A stretch of DNA of 61,223 nucleotides, filler included, from Sphacelaria rigidula (taxonomy: Eukaryota), in the NCBI GenBank assembly GCA_964200075.2. It is 7 parts of 7 records of this genome, joined end to end, with 100 filler letters (N's around TTAATTAATTAA, not from the genome) between each part and the next. Parts side by side here need not be neighbours in the genome. Positions count along the whole stretch, not along the records: positions 1 to 8,663 come from CAXNAA020010462.1; positions 8,764 to 17,425 come from CAXNAA020010463.1; 5 more parts are not named here. One strand, 5' to 3'. The notes beneath the pieces are model-generated. The model saw only the letters and a program-made list of their open reading frames with translations, made no database searches and was not told the origin of the DNA. Position 1 is the stretch's first letter, and each line of letters begins with the position of its first letter. Of this stretch, positions 1 through 12,665 are shown one piece after another. Made by a program: the position numbers and the translations under genes.

Positions 1-140
1 CGCCGAACACACCACGGCGTTTCGCGCTTGGTGATTGAGTGCAAGCCTGGGTCGGCGAAAACCCGGCGTGCTCCGCCCCGGCTTTGAAGGGATGCGAGAT
101 CAATGGTCATACAACTATGGCATGCATGATCATGGGTACA
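1..140 (+). repeat. Dispersed repeat family A (fragment)
   Basis: CGCCGAACA...TTCGCGCTTGGTGATTG...CCCGGCGTGCTCCG.CCCGGCTTTG.AGGGATG recurs at 39358-39500 (+) and 48737-48870 (-); parts of the family also at 8764-8930 (-), 26137-26187 and 38946-38995. Confidence 0.9.
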
Positions 141-1033
141 CCCCCCTCCTTTCATGATAACGTCCCCCCTCCCCCCCCCCCCCCCCCCCGCTCCCCCTGC
201 ATGGCGTCCTCGAACGATGATAATCGTACCGCCTGACGATAATGATACGGCAGGCTTCCCGCCTCTCTGTCGGCGCTTTTGGTCATGAACTAAAGACACC
301 GCACTACTGTATGGATGGGGATGGAAAAAGTATTTCTCGAGTACACGGCCGACTGACGGTACTTTTTTGTCACCTCTGCCTCGCTGGACCGTGATCAAAG
401 TTCCCTATCCCTCGGCTCGGGTTGAGATACGTCCCTGGGGAAACCATGGTGCGGCTATCAATCCCTCTTCTCCCATGACCTTTCTATCAAGGAAACGTGT
501 GAAGTGACACATACTCATATGATCGGTATAGTTAACCGAGTTAGGTTCCCCATTACATATATTGCAAGCTACATGCCCAAGCGAGCCAGGTTCCCCGTTG
601 CCCGCTCACATGGACGTAGCCGGTAAAGTTGGAACATGGCAGATAACCGCTGATACACGAAGCCCGCGTTTTCCGCGTTTGTCAAGGCCCCATGTTCGTG
701 AAACGCGCATATCAGGTGACCCGGGCTGTAAATACATACAGTCGACCTTATTAACGTTGTATAACTCTTGGTAACCTGCCTATAACGTCGGACATAGCGG
801 AGATGCATATAGTGTGCACATGTACCAAACAGACACCCTTCGGACGGCGTTTATCGCGAATGGGTGTGACCGCCATCGCGGCAACTTGTACTCCTAGTAG
901 GGCAGCAGTGCTGGGTACAAGACCAGCATTGGTAGCGCATTTAGCTTCCTTCGGCCGTCCTCACTCCCACCCACCGCCACCCACCCCTCCTCTTCCTTGC
1001 CATCCGTACCTGCTTCCGTGCTGTGTGAAGCAG

Positions 1034-1170
1034 CAGGAAAGCGGCAGCGACGACGACTACGATGATGACGACGATGACGATGAAGATGATAAGGAGGACG
1101 ACGAGGAAGACGAGGAGGACGACGAGGACGAGGAGGAGGACGACGAGGACGAGAAAGAGAACGAGGAACG
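1034..1170 (+). other. Asp/Glu-rich low-complexity (GAC/GAG/GAT) tract, possible isolated exon
   Basis: Reads QESGSDDDYDDDDDDDEDDKEDDEEDEED..., with a pyrimidine-rich stretch and CAG before it and GTATAC after it; no partner exons found. Confidence 0.35.
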
Positions 1171-2384
1171 GTATACAGGATGGTGACAATGGTGGCGACA
1201 CGGAGGGTACCCGTGTCTACTGCAGCCTTAGATACGGCAAGACGCCCAGGGGAAGAACGCCGCGTACTATATCGTTTTGTAGCCCTCCTTCCTTCCTCCC
1301 CACAATGGTGTCAAGACTACGGCATGTATCATGAGTACCCCCCTCCCCCTCTCTCCCCACCTTGCTTCCTCGCACACATGCTTTGTACTGACATGAAGGC
1401 AGACCTACTCCCAAATTTTTAGGGTCGAGAGACAAGGATAGTTTACAGGTAGTTGTCTGGTATTGGTTTCGTTCCGTCGTAGCTTTGAACGAGGCATGCA
1501 TTTATCGGTCTTCGAGGGTCCTGCATTCTACTGCACTTTGCTATTCGACATTTCGATACTGTCGCGGATCGAATCGATCCCGGCTGTAGTATTGAATTAT
1601 TCGCGAGATTGTTATTTTAATGCCATAGATCCGCTGCGCTGGAGGCGAAATATAGAAATTGCCGATTGTCTCGATGGTTTTAGTAGAGTTTCGGGGAATT
1701 TCTGAGTTGCGATGCTGCACACTTTCGAGAACGGCATTTGATCAGCGTAAAGCTGTTGTCATACCCTCTGGGAAACGATAGGCACTGGCATGACAGGTCT
1801 CCCGAAAAGGCGTTTTTCCTTGCGGATGAATTGGAGCGAGTCACGGACTCACCGGTAGTTCGTTGGTCCTGTCTCTTCTACTCTCTAGATTTTGACTCTT
1901 GAGATGTTGACCTGGATCGAACTGACTCAGCGTGTTTTATTTTTAACAATTCGCACATTGGCGATATTTTCAACGCTGAAAAACTTCGGCGCGCTGGAGG
2001 CGAAAAACAAGTTTTGCGGCGAGGAGATGTTGCTAGGTGACCTTGGGTGAGAGACGCTATCTTCTCGAATATTACCGTGCTAATGAACAACTACTACAGT
2101 TGTGACAGATTTCCAAACATAGTCTGGTTGGAAATGTCGATTTCTACCTATCCCAGAACATTTGGGAGAATCTAGGGGAACATCGAGTCCGTTGCCCGGA
2201 AACGGAAGATAAATTAATATCTTCGCCCGAGGGTACTACAACAGCAGCGATGACTGTTCGGTTTTGTATACAACTGTTAACCATTTCGCCGGCGCAGCGG
2301 ATGACAAGGTCTGACTTCGCCGGCTTCTTGTGCGTACAATCAAAACATTCCTGAAAAATGCCCGTTTGAGCTATTCGGTACTCC

Positions 2385-2641
2385 ATAGCCTCTGCCGGAC
2401 GATCTGGACAAGAGGACTATCAACGAGGGACTCCTCCAGTAGCACTTGCCTCGCGTTTGACGAGTCCTTCCCTCTAGCTTGTTATTATCACGGAGTGATC
2501 CTCAATAGATCACACGACGATCCAGACAGCAAGGGGCTACACAGTTAAGGGCCATCAATCCAGGATCCCCTGTCCCCTGCCACTGCTCCAATCATGCATG
2601 CGATTATCGTGAAACCTACGGCTTGGTATCACGTGACTACA
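2385..2641 (-). repeat. 3' LTR of the gypsy element
   Basis: ~257-bp direct repeat of 7205-7459, about 87% identical by hand alignment; starts TGTAGTCAC on the minus strand. Confidence 0.9.
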
Positions 2642-2719
2642 GCACCCTCAAAGCGAGTTGAAGACAAACGAACGAGCTTGACAACCGACAATAACCAAGG
2701 CGAAGTCGCATGCGCCAGA

Positions 2720-4100
2720 TCACAACGAAATACCATACTCCGACGCTAATTTACTTGTCAGCACCCTTGTCAACTGCAGTTTACGCAGTTCCTCCAAACC
2801 AAATTCAGGCGCAGGAGAATGAATCTCGCGAAAAGACTCCCGCGTACGTTCTTCAGCACCGAACCCATCCCAATCGACCAAAACAATAACATCACCATTG
2901 TCATTCTCAGCGACGTGCTCCAAAGCCTTCATCCGACATTCACCTTGAGCATGCGAATGCTGAAATACATCTTTCATTTCCGCAGTGATGTGCAACTGCG
3001 AGTCAGCATAGAAACGCAAACGAGCGACATGGGCCGAGTGCACGACGCCAGAAACAGTGTTCTGCACCGAATACACGTGAGCGTGATGGGCTCCGATCAC
3101 TCGCCACGGACCTGTTCATATGGACATCAAGTTTGGCGGCACACCTTGCCTACGAACACGAGCATTCAATACGAAATCTCCAACTGCAAACTTGGGCAAC
3201 ACAGCCCGGCCCTGAGCACGCTTGCGTTTGGTTTCGCGAGACACCGCGACAGCAGCTTGCACTTCGTTACAAAACCGCACTTGCTCATCAACCACGCCTC
3301 AAACCTTCTCACGCAATGAGTCAGCATCATCCATGATATCGACGTTCCACTCGCCGCCGGTGACAGAAGCCAGTGCGGAAAACGCTGTACGCGGCGCATG
3401 CCCACACATCACAAAATACGGAGTGTTACGGAAGCGTTTACGAAAAGAAGCATTCAACGCCCACTGAGCGGCTAGCGGAACATCAACCCACATTCAGACA
3501 CCGGCCGTCCCTGTTCCGACAAAATGAACCGCAACGCACGAATAAGCTCTTTCACCATGCGTTCACAAGCACCATTCGACCAAGGGGTATACGCAACAGC
3601 AAATTGGTGTTGCACCTTGAGCGCGTCGCTCTGCTGCGCGATCACTCAGTTATTGAAGTGCATGGCGATATCACTAGCCCACACACGCGGCACCCCCAAA
3701 GTCTTGCACCAATGGAGCAAGTGCTCAGCCGAAACCTCGGCGGTGCAAGCCTCGGTCGGCTCCAACGAAACACAATTGGACAAATCATCCATGATAACTA
3801 AAACGTACCGAAACCCATCCTCATCAGACAAACCATTAGTACCTTCAGGTCCGCTACTTCCGACGTACAGAAAATCAAAGTAAACGACTTCACCTGGTGC
3901 AGTACCATGCACAGTACCGCAATACGGAGAGGTACAATCGCACCAGCACGAGTGTCTACACAATGCAAACACTGACAAACGAACTCGCGAACGTGGGAAT
4001 CCATGCGAGGCCACATACAGTATGTTTTCAAACTAAACAGAGTCGGCGCTACACCACGGTGACCAGCCGACCGTATGTGAGCGCACACCATCAAGCGACT
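2720..4100 (-). pseudogene. Integrase plus C-terminal chromodomain (frameshifted)
   Basis: ORF pieces 3798-4094 (HIRSAGHRGV...CQCLHC), 3646-4014 (VVYFDFLYV...YVLVIMDDLSN...GVPRVWASD), 3299-3493 (WVDVPLAAQWALNASF...TPYFVMCG) and 2720-3100 (SAHVARLRFY; chromodomain-like VLVDWDGF). Confidence 0.9.
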
Positions 4101-4229
4101 TTGTAGAGCCTTATCATCCGACGGAATTCACAAAAGATCACTACTGCCAACACGCCCGTGAAACAAACCATTGTCAGCCAAAGCAGCTTGACCGAAAGTC
4201 GTAGGAAAATAATAAACACCGTCGCCGAT

Positions 4230-5591
4230 TGTTTTGCGGCCAAGAAATTCGTCAAGCAAAGCTGAAAGTGCTCCTTCGGTTTCAGCAAAATAGAAAACGT
4301 CATCCACCTACACTATACAGTCTAGACCTCGCAAAATGTCAGTCAGCACGCCTTGGAAATACACCCGGGCGTTCAACACGCCCTGCGGGACACGAGTAGG
4401 CGTAAGCAAACCGTCAGGCGTGACGATCGTGAAGATCTCCTGAGCCTCCGGCGCCAGAGGCATCCGCGAATACCCCTATAGCAGGGCCAACTTGCCGAAG
4501 CATTGGGCTCCCAGCACCTCCCGCATATCTTCTTGGCTTTGGCATCATCCCCGGAGACTTGTCCACTTGCGCGTTCACCGCCTGATAGTCGCTGACCAAA
4601 CGGAATGTGTACCTCTTCGGCACCGCCATGACCGGACTCGCCCAAACATCCTGGATGTTCCTAATCAGTAAACTAAACGCCACCAAAGCTGCGATGCATT
4701 AGGCAAGCCACCCGGTCTTCACCGAATCGTGACGTCTATGCTTGGCCTTCATCGCCTTTACCTGCGGCTTGAGGTACACCCTCATGGGCTCTACACGCGC
4801 TGGCGGATCACCACGCAGCGCACGACATGTACCCACGCGACGAGCCAAAATATCACGCAGATAGGATGCGCCATCGGCGCTCAGGCCCTTCTGCTCGGCC
4901 TGCTGCACGCTACCCTCAAGCGCACGTTCTTTTGCCCCTCTCTCCTCCGCAGGGTCCATGAACATGTCGGGTCCCCGATCGACCAAGCACTCCACCGCTT
5001 CATCCGCAGGAGCCTCGTCCTCATTGGCACCCTGGAATGACCGTGTGGATATGGTCACACGCCCTGCAGCAGGATAGCTGGGGTTTCCCACGCCGGTGTG
5101 CACCGGCACAGCACGCGGGCGTAACTTATCCAACGCTAGCGGGTACCAATCAATCCCGAGCTCCTTCATCGTCGCCATCCCAAACAGGACCACGTTGTCC
5201 CTACCGGGCATGATAGCGAAAGTAGTGGGCTGCAAGTCCCAGCCCCCCACGGCGTACGCACGCTACCAGTAATCGGCCCCGTGTAATGTGTAACCGTCAC
5301 GGGAGCACCCGCGGTGGTCTGTGCCGTTTGTGGTTCGTTTTCGAACGAAATCTGAAGCTCAGCGCCGCCAAACTGCGAAGATATTTGTTCTAGCAACCCC
5401 ACACCGATCAACGTGAGCGCGGACCCAGAATCCAGAATAGAGCGGGCCATGAACGAACCTACAGAACCAGGCAGGGCTAAACCTGCGCGTAAGCATTCAG
5501 CCTTGCGATCGACAGGCACCACGTCTGCCGAAGAACCCTGGTCGGTATCAAGAGTCGCCTTACGCCAGGGCTGCGCTCCAGCACTTGACAT
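4230..5591 (-). pseudogene. Aspartic protease plus truncated reverse transcriptase
   Basis: LDSGS at ~5420-5438; RT motifs at 4300-4690 with the Y/WxDD box reading *VDD (TAG at 4310-4308). Confidence 0.88.
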
Positions 5592-7170
5592 CGATAACTG
5601 AGAATCGTCGGTCCAACCAGAGCCGTCGCGGCAATACGAGATGCACCAGACATGGATCCTGCCTGGCCGAGGAGTTGCGAACTATCCGCTCCAGCACTCC
5701 CCACCGAAGTATTTGCATTTCCCACGTCCACTGTCCGCCCCGACACGGACGAACCATAAGATCCAGAGTCACCACCTGATGGCGTAGTGAAAGAAACAGC
5801 AGCGGAGGAACCACCATCCGCCGCCGATTGCTGGCTACCGCGACCGCCGCGCTCGCGTCCCGGGGTGGCAGGGCCCCGTCCACCGTGACGACCGCCTCGA
5901 GATCCTGATGAATCTCGCGTATTTCGTTGAGCAGCGCCTTGAGCTCGAGGCTTGGGGCAGTCCTTAATCAGATGTCCAGTGTCGCCGCAGTTGTAACCCG
6001 CGCGAGTGGACGACGCTCGCGAAGACGGCTGCTGTTGCTGTTGCTGTTGCTGTTTGCGGCGCGCACTACCTGCACTTGCCTCAGAATCGCGCCGGCCATG
6101 TGCCCCAATAAACTTCCACTGGTCGGCGGCATCAAACATTTTGTTGAGAGTCATCCTATGATAGGGGAATGGGGTATTTTGGGCCACTTCTTGCACGAAA
6201 TTCCAAGGCATATCGTCGTTGAGATCAGCAACGGTTGCTTGAGCGAGCTTGTTATAGATAAATAACGCTCTTTATAACGATTGACACCGTTATGAACCAA
6301 ATACAAGCGCATCGCGAGTGTGGCAGGTCGTCTGACACACTTTTGAACCTTTTTTTTTCGTGCAATCGAACACCTCCCTCCTATCGTAGGAGGCTCCTTG
6401 AACACCATCACCGGGCTTTTTTTTCAGCCGCAAACGTACGTTAGTACACTTTCAATATACGCCTTGAATTCCGGAGGCGAAATCCCGTCTACCAAAGCTA
6501 TGGAAACCGACTCGGTCGAGTCTGGCAACCAGCTCCTGTCCTCCGCACGGTACATGGCTTGCACCATGAGAGCTTTTGCGAAAAACGTTTACATCGATGG
6601 AATGACCATTATCGCTTGATCCTTCACGGATATTCCACCGCTTTGTGGCATAGTACGAACTTTACGTAGGTCTGCTGCCGCCCGCGCAGTGTCATGCTTG
6701 CCGCCAGTTGTGGTGTACCCGGCATGTTGCTTCACAGCATCTAGCAATTCGTCGGGGGTCATAGCCCGACGGTCTTTGTACATGCCGTCAAAGCACTGGT
6801 GAATACATGTTGGAACAAGTTGTCCGATGCTCACCCTGGCATGCCTTATGACTCCTTGTGCATTGGCCAGGAGTAATCTCTCTAAGTAGTCGAGCTATTT
6901 TGCCCGAAAAACTGTTCAGGCTTCCTCAGTCCACACTTCGCCATACTTTGGCGGTTCTAGTGGCTCATCTAACACTAGCGGCGCTGCCGCCGCTTGAGCC
7001 ATGTCGTCTAGGATTCACCACTTCACGGAGAGACTCTTGCCTGACTTGTGCGTCCTCCAGCCCACGGAGCGTCCGCCACTGCTGTGCGCCTCAAGTTAGC
7101 TTCAAGCTGGCCTCTTCGACTGCAGACCAAGCTGGCTTCCAGCTGCGCCCCCTTTCCTCAGCCAAACTCC
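5560..7170 (-). pseudogene. gag (fragmented) with degenerate CCHC zinc knuckle
   Basis: GYNCGDTGHLIKDCP at ~5950-6000 (first Cys lost), lying between the 5' LTR and the protease. Confidence 0.8.
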
Positions 7171-7204
7171 TCCAACAGAGCGCCGAAAACAATATCTAGA
7201 TAAT

Positions 7205-7459
7205 ATAGCCTCTGCCAGACGATCTGGACAAGAGGACTATCGACGAGGGACTCCTCCAGTAACACTGGCCTTGTGTTCGATAAGTTCTTTCCTCTAGCTT
7301 GTTATTATCACGGAGTGATCCTCAACATACCACACCACGAGCCAGCAACAAGGAGCCACGCAGATAAGAGCCATCAATCCAGGATCCCTGTCCCCTGCCA
7401 CTGCTCCAATCATGCATGTGATTACAATGAAACCTGCGGCTTGGTATCATTTGACTGCA
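7205..7459 (-). repeat. 5' LTR of the gypsy element
   Basis: Direct repeat of 2385-2641; starts TGCAGTCAA on the minus strand. Confidence 0.9.
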
Positions 7460-8269
7460 GTACTGATTTTGCCCGAAAAGATAGACTTAGTGGAAGAAGA
7501 CAAAGATTTGCCATGTTTGTTTTTGTCAATCTCCCACATCCGTTCGATTTTCCCGACTCGCGGTCAACTTCCATCCATATCTCTAAAGCAGTGTACAACC
7601 CACCTTGCGCCGAGTCCAGAAACATAGAATAGAGTGCTCTCAACACTGCTCGGGGTCTGACTGCGTCTGGCAGTCTATTTACTTGGATTCAGACTACTCC
7701 CTTCCCCGAATTCGGGCTTACGGTAGGTGAACACTTGGGGTGTGTTACCAGCCAGAAATGAGAGGCGTGCCACCTCGTGGAACCACAAGAACCGGCGCTA
7801 GTGTTGAATAGATAGAGGTGATGCTACGATGGGTGGGGGAAGGGAGGGGGGTGTTTAATTCCACGAAAAACAGGGGCACACAGGTGTGCCGGGCGACCTA
7901 GCTACTCGCGGTGGGTTTGTATTTGGCTGAAAACGGTGTCAAATGACATGAATGAGTATGTCCTATTGATAACAAGCGCGTTTGAACGAGTGTTACCGCT
8001 TTCAGCGACGATTTCAGGTGGAATTTCGGGGAAAACATGACCCAACATGCGTCCTTCCCCCTTATCATAGCATCGCTCATAGACAGAAATGTCATAGTTG
8101 CACTGAATGTCTGGTAAAAACATTGTACGGAGAACCGTATAGGTGCCATTGATAGCTGGGCTTATGAGGACGGGCAGACTGCTTCGGAATACGTGTTTCC
8201 TTGATCGTAGATTTGATTGATTAATTGGTTGATTGATTGTCGCACTTTAACAAAGATATGTAGAAATAT

Positions 8270-8560
8270 GTATATGTATAATTTCACATTTTTCACCACT
8301 TTTGTCGAGTTTCCTCTGGCAGCAAGGCGTTTGATCCCGCGTTTTCTTTTGCAGCGCACGAAGAAGGCGCAGCGATACATTACTGTTCGGGTTCGGGTGT
8401 CATCTGATACCTGTGGCGCATGTTCCGGCCGCCGAAAGTCGCCCAAACTGGCTTTTTCTCGCGGGGTGTCGGTCCCGAACCACAACAGCTTTTTCACGAT
8501 CGTGGAGAACTTCAATTATCAACCCGAGCCACAAAAGTCTGTTCATGGCGGGGTATGTTT
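8270..8560 (+). repeat. Dispersed repeat family B
   Basis: CATCTGATACCTGTGGCGC...TTTTTCGCGGGGTGTCG.TCCCGAA recurs, reverse-complemented, at 20730-20985 and 22395-22650. Confidence 0.88.
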
Positions 8561-8663
8561 TTACCGTGATTTTCTTTGCGTTCTCGTTGATTTCACGGGT
8601 GGCCACTGGGGTGCCTGCAACCTCAAATTTGGACGTTACAGACCTTGTGCAACGTCCGTAACG

Positions 8664-8763
8664 NNNNNNNNNNNNNNNNNNNNNNNNNNNNNNNNNNNNN
8701 NNNNNNNTTAATTAATTAANNNNNNNNNNNNNNNNNNNNNNNNNNNNNNNNNNNNNNNNNNNN
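8664..8763. other. Artificial scaffold spacer N44-TTAATTAATTAA-N44
   Basis: Identical 100-bp spacers at 8664, 17426, 26188, 34948, 43707 and 52466. Confidence 0.99.
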
Positions 8764-8930
8764 TGTTCGGCGAGTCGCATGAAGGGTGAGCTGCACCCTG
8801 CTAAGATTGTTCGGCCCGAAGCCTACAATGCGTTGCCTCGATTTCTGGTATCGCAACTTCCAGAGACAGCCACGACTTGTACACTTCCTCATGGGTGTCT
8901 CACCATTTGAACACTACATAGTACGATTAT
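8764..8930 (-). repeat. Repeat family A fragment at scaffold start
   Basis: TGTTCGGCGAGTCGCATGAAGGGTGAGCTGCA matches 48864-48900 and the reverse complement of 39335-39366. Confidence 0.85.
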
Positions 8931-9229
8931 CCCCATTGTGCGGAATCGAGGTTCTTCCATGCCGCACAACATGATCTAGCTTGACTACCATCATTGTTAC
9001 CGCAAGAAAAACGCAAGTGCTCAAACGAAAATCGGTATCCTGGTTGCCTAGCTCATGCAGTGAGTGGTGTGTTTATAGCGTCATCGCCAATCGACGCCAA
9101 CCCCATCGGGGTTGCGCCCCTAGAAAGCCGGGACGGAGCACGCCGGATTCTCGCCGGAGGCTGGGGGTTGTGTGTGTATCTGTTTACATTTGGATCAAGG
9201 CAAGGACCATAGAAGGCGATGATATCCCC

Positions 9230-10736
9230 CCCGTGGGGGATTATATCAAAGCGAGTTGAGCGTCACCGCTGGTAGTTTGCGACTGTATGGATTTGTTGAA
9301 AAAATGCTGCTGACTAACACTGCGACTCATGGAATATTTCCTTTGATTCTGCCATGAGATTGAAGGGTCAGGCTCGGTAAGGTTGTCCACATGCGATACT
9401 GCCACTTAGAAATTTCGGTAGCGTGTGTTCTCGGCAGCTCAGACTGATCTTTCAGTTACCGAGCACTTCGTTTTTTGTGGTCTATCTTGCTCGTGTGGTG
9501 CAGGTGGCGCACTTGCTATCACTGGCGAAAGGATATTTTGGTATCCCCCGCACTGGATCTACTAGGTTGCAGCAGCCGGCGGTCGAGTTTGCTGTACTAC
9601 GCAGGTCTTTCGTCTTCTCATTGTCACACCCCCGCTCGAAGGAGTGGAAAACAACGTACGGCCAACAAAAAGATCAATTTCGTCGATATCAGGTACAGCA
9701 AGCTATAGGATGTTTCATCGCCCGCTTTGCTTTCGCATGCCTTATTTCGTTCGGTTATCCTTAGTGGCGGTGTGTAGGATTATCTGTCGAAATGTACCAC
9801 GCGCAGGTATCTGGTCAGGACGTTCGCCGGCTTTTACTCACGTTAAGACCCTCGATCAGTTCAAAACCTCGATAGTGTGTCCGGCAGATGTGGGTTCGTG
9901 GAGACATCTCCGTGCTGCGTGAGAAGTATAAGGTATTGGCGACGTCGAGTTTCGAACCAATAGTGCCCAAACATTCCTAAACTGGCCGCAAGAAATCGAG
10001 GTTGTATCAGCACAAACAACTTGTCGGATACGCGTCATACTATAGTAGACGTGAAACCTAGACATTCGCGGTTGTATTTTCACGTGTAGATGACAGCGTC
10101 ATCGATGGCCGCCCCGCAGGAGTAAGGCAGACGCCAAAGCTCACGGGGGGATACGGTGATATTTTGCACTAATGCCTTTCCTGCTCACTGCATCGTGCTG
10201 ATGGTGTGTCGCGTTCATTGCCTGAAACATGGTTCACGTCTGGGCTGACAGATCAAGGCTCTGTGGGCAATATTTCAGGAGGACGTATCGGAACGTCGCC
10301 CCCCTGTCGTCTGCACCTCAACCGCAAGCGTTGCGCGTTCTCTATGCCCGGAACGACACCTTCTTCCTCCTCACCGTGTACATCAGTTGCTACCACCACT
10401 TCAAGACGCAGTGTACAGCGTATCCCAGCCGTTCCCTAGGCAAAGCAGGCGAAAAGGGCGGGCAAGAATTACACTGCGACCTCTCCATTCGAGGAAGGGG
10501 ACGGGGACGGAGAGAAAGAACAAAACATGCGTGTTCATTAATAAACGAAAATCGTTCGACACAGAAGGAGCTGATGATACAGTGGGAGCAGCATGCGAGG
10601 TGGACGTCCGCCTACTGGACGGTTTGACGCCGCCGAAATGTGATCTGCGACGAGAGGCTTCACCAGTAATGGGAATAGTCCCACTGCGCGTATTTGCACC
10701 AAATCAGTGACACAGTGCCATAGAGTGGGGGGAAGA
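9230..10736 (+). mobile_element. Highly decayed Ty1/copia-like RT-RNase H remnant with polypurine tract
   Basis: Ghost motifs in Copia order across frames: PLVVCD (cf. ARLV..G), VLRRS...W (cf. LKKSLYGL..W), LVAVC (YVDD region), KQLVG..Y, ASVARS, RTKH, LLDGLTPP (cf. LADGLTK). Followed by AGAGTGGGGGGAAGA (10722-10736) and TG at 10737. Confidence 0.5.
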
Positions 10737-11239
10737 TGTACACTACTAAAATATAGGAACTATTAGTGTGGAAGTATCTGATGCCAAAGGTGTGTACATA
10801 TCTGTCACCGCCGGCTACCACATCATATGGTGACACTAAATGGTTGTTGTGAGGCTGCCGTGCCGACGATCATGAGCGAAGTCGGAACCGCCTACGTCAA
10901 CCGTCATGCCTTGATATAAAGATACGGTGCGGAAGTGGTAAAGCACGAAACCAGCATATCATGTATCAGTCGGCGACGGTAAAAAATGACTTTTGCTCAA
11001 GACGGGTTCCGTGCCTGGTATAGTGCGCTCACCTCTATCCAGGTCACGCGGCATCGGGATAAACTATCGGTAGATTTCGTGGTGAGGACGATACCTGGTA
11101 CAAGGTAGGATTGTTTCACCCGGTACGCCATTGATCAAAGTTAAGTCAAGTTCTCTTTAGAGCGGTAGACGCTAAAGCGTTTCCTCCCGGTAGCTGCATA
11201 GGTTTTAAAAACCGAGTACAGTATAAATCTTGGATTTGT

Positions 11240-12360
11240 TACTCGATGTTCAAGCGTTTGGGTTCGACATCCTGAAGAGAGGGGTGGTGTGACCATTCGA
11301 AGGTCTTGTAGCGCATTCCTCTCTGTGTCTCTATGTTTGTCTCTGTGCCTCTGTCTGTCTTTTTGTCTCTCTTTAGGTTTTTAAGGAAGAAAAGCGCATC
11401 ACACAATTTTAGAAGAGAATACGCTACGTCAAGAACACCTCCGAATGGTCGATGTGCTCCTCTCTTCAAAGTTTCAGATTCTCCTGACTTATACCTATCG
11501 AATCCGGCAACTTCGTCGGGAAAATGTTTCGGGATCATTCGCTGGGACCAGCTGGTGACATAACCTTTTTTTGTTAAATCGCGGTATCACACAGCAGACG
11601 TACCTGGACGCTGGTGTACGGCATGTCCTACGCTACGAGTACTCAGATCTTCCAGTTGTCACGGTATGACAGTTAACAACATGCGTACACAAATCTTGAA
11701 AGAGGGGAACATTATATATAGCGACAGCCTAATCATGAAGTACGCGCGTCGTCAACCTGCAAATACCCGGCAACAACGAGAAGTAAATATTGTTAACGAG
11801 TGAACAGCGTGCACCAGCGTCAAATTTCCTGCATGCAAGAGATGCCGCCTCCACCCTATCTTGTGCGTACTCCCTGGTATTGAAATTGTAACCGAAACAC
11901 CCATTGCCTACCGACACCACGAAGATCGGGACCAGGAAGTGGGCGTACATGGCTAGGTACAGCTGCGTGAGCCTGGTTCCGAGGGTAAGTGGGTACGACA
12001 CATGCATCTTACCCGAAAAACAGCAAATACGCTTCGTAGTCTCAGATGGTATAATTATCGTTTGCTTTCTGCCATACTTCGACGTCCCCCTCCCTCGCGA
12101 TGAGTTTGCTTTCTTGAGGGATCGACTCTTTCCCCCCCCGTGCGTTCCTGGTGACACAATAGGTATTACTGTGGATTGGGGGAGCACCCCCCTCGTCGCG
12201 TCGGCTCTTGCCAAGGTTTCTCCGCTACACACATCATCACCCTTGAAAACAACGTCGGAAATCGGATTCTGATCAGACTACCGTATTTTTCGAGATGATA
12301 TAGGGAACCAATCAGCAATCACTCGGTGAGGCGATTTATCCTGTCGGATACCGGAGTCCG
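11240..12360 (-). mobile_element. Decayed gypsy-like integrase remnant
   Basis: SDQNP (cf. SDRDPRF), QLYLAMY..GCFGYN (cf. EQYLR..AEFAYN), HRPFGGVLDVAYSL (cf. GPF...VAYRL), HPSLQDV (cf. HPVFHV). Confidence 0.4.
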
Positions 12361-12364
12361 ACAG

Positions 12365-12665
12365 GAACGACGTTTTCGTGAGATTGAGAGTAGAGCGCTG
12401 ATTGAGAATGTATTTGATCATTCGCTTGACCTCAGCCAACTTTTTATTCCGCATGTGTTTTTCTTTGCCTCCATTACTGGCGTGTGCTTACAGCGACACA
12501 TCGATATACCACTGAGAGATATCAAGGGCCTCAGCGGCAAGCTACTACAGAAAGCATATCGGGCCTCGTGGAGGGCCTTTCGAAACTGAAACGATTTATT
12601 CACCGATCGATCTACTTTCACTCTCAATCGTATCCTCTACTCTCAATCTCACGAAAACATTGTTC
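12365..12665. mobile_element. MITE-like element, ~300 bp, 31-bp terminal inverted repeats
   Basis: GAACGACGTTTTCGTGAGATTGAGAGTAGAG (12365-12395) versus the reverse complement of 12635-12665 (2 mismatches); partial copies at 45836-46020 and ~50105-50260. Confidence 0.85.

Larger units (their letters stand above)
2385..7459 (-). mobile_element. Ty3/gypsy LTR retrotransposon with chromodomain, degenerate and internally deleted
   Basis: Direct repeats 2385-2641 and 7205-7459 enclose, in gypsy order on the minus strand: gag zinc knuckle (GYNCGDTGHLIKDC), protease (ILDSGS), RT (WASPVMAVPK..RLVSDYQAVN; PQGVLNA; *VDD), integrase (H-x5-HRG..C; FDFLYV; VLVIMDDLS) and chromodomain (VLVDWDGFGAEERTRES). 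Many frameshifts and stops. Confidence 0.95.
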
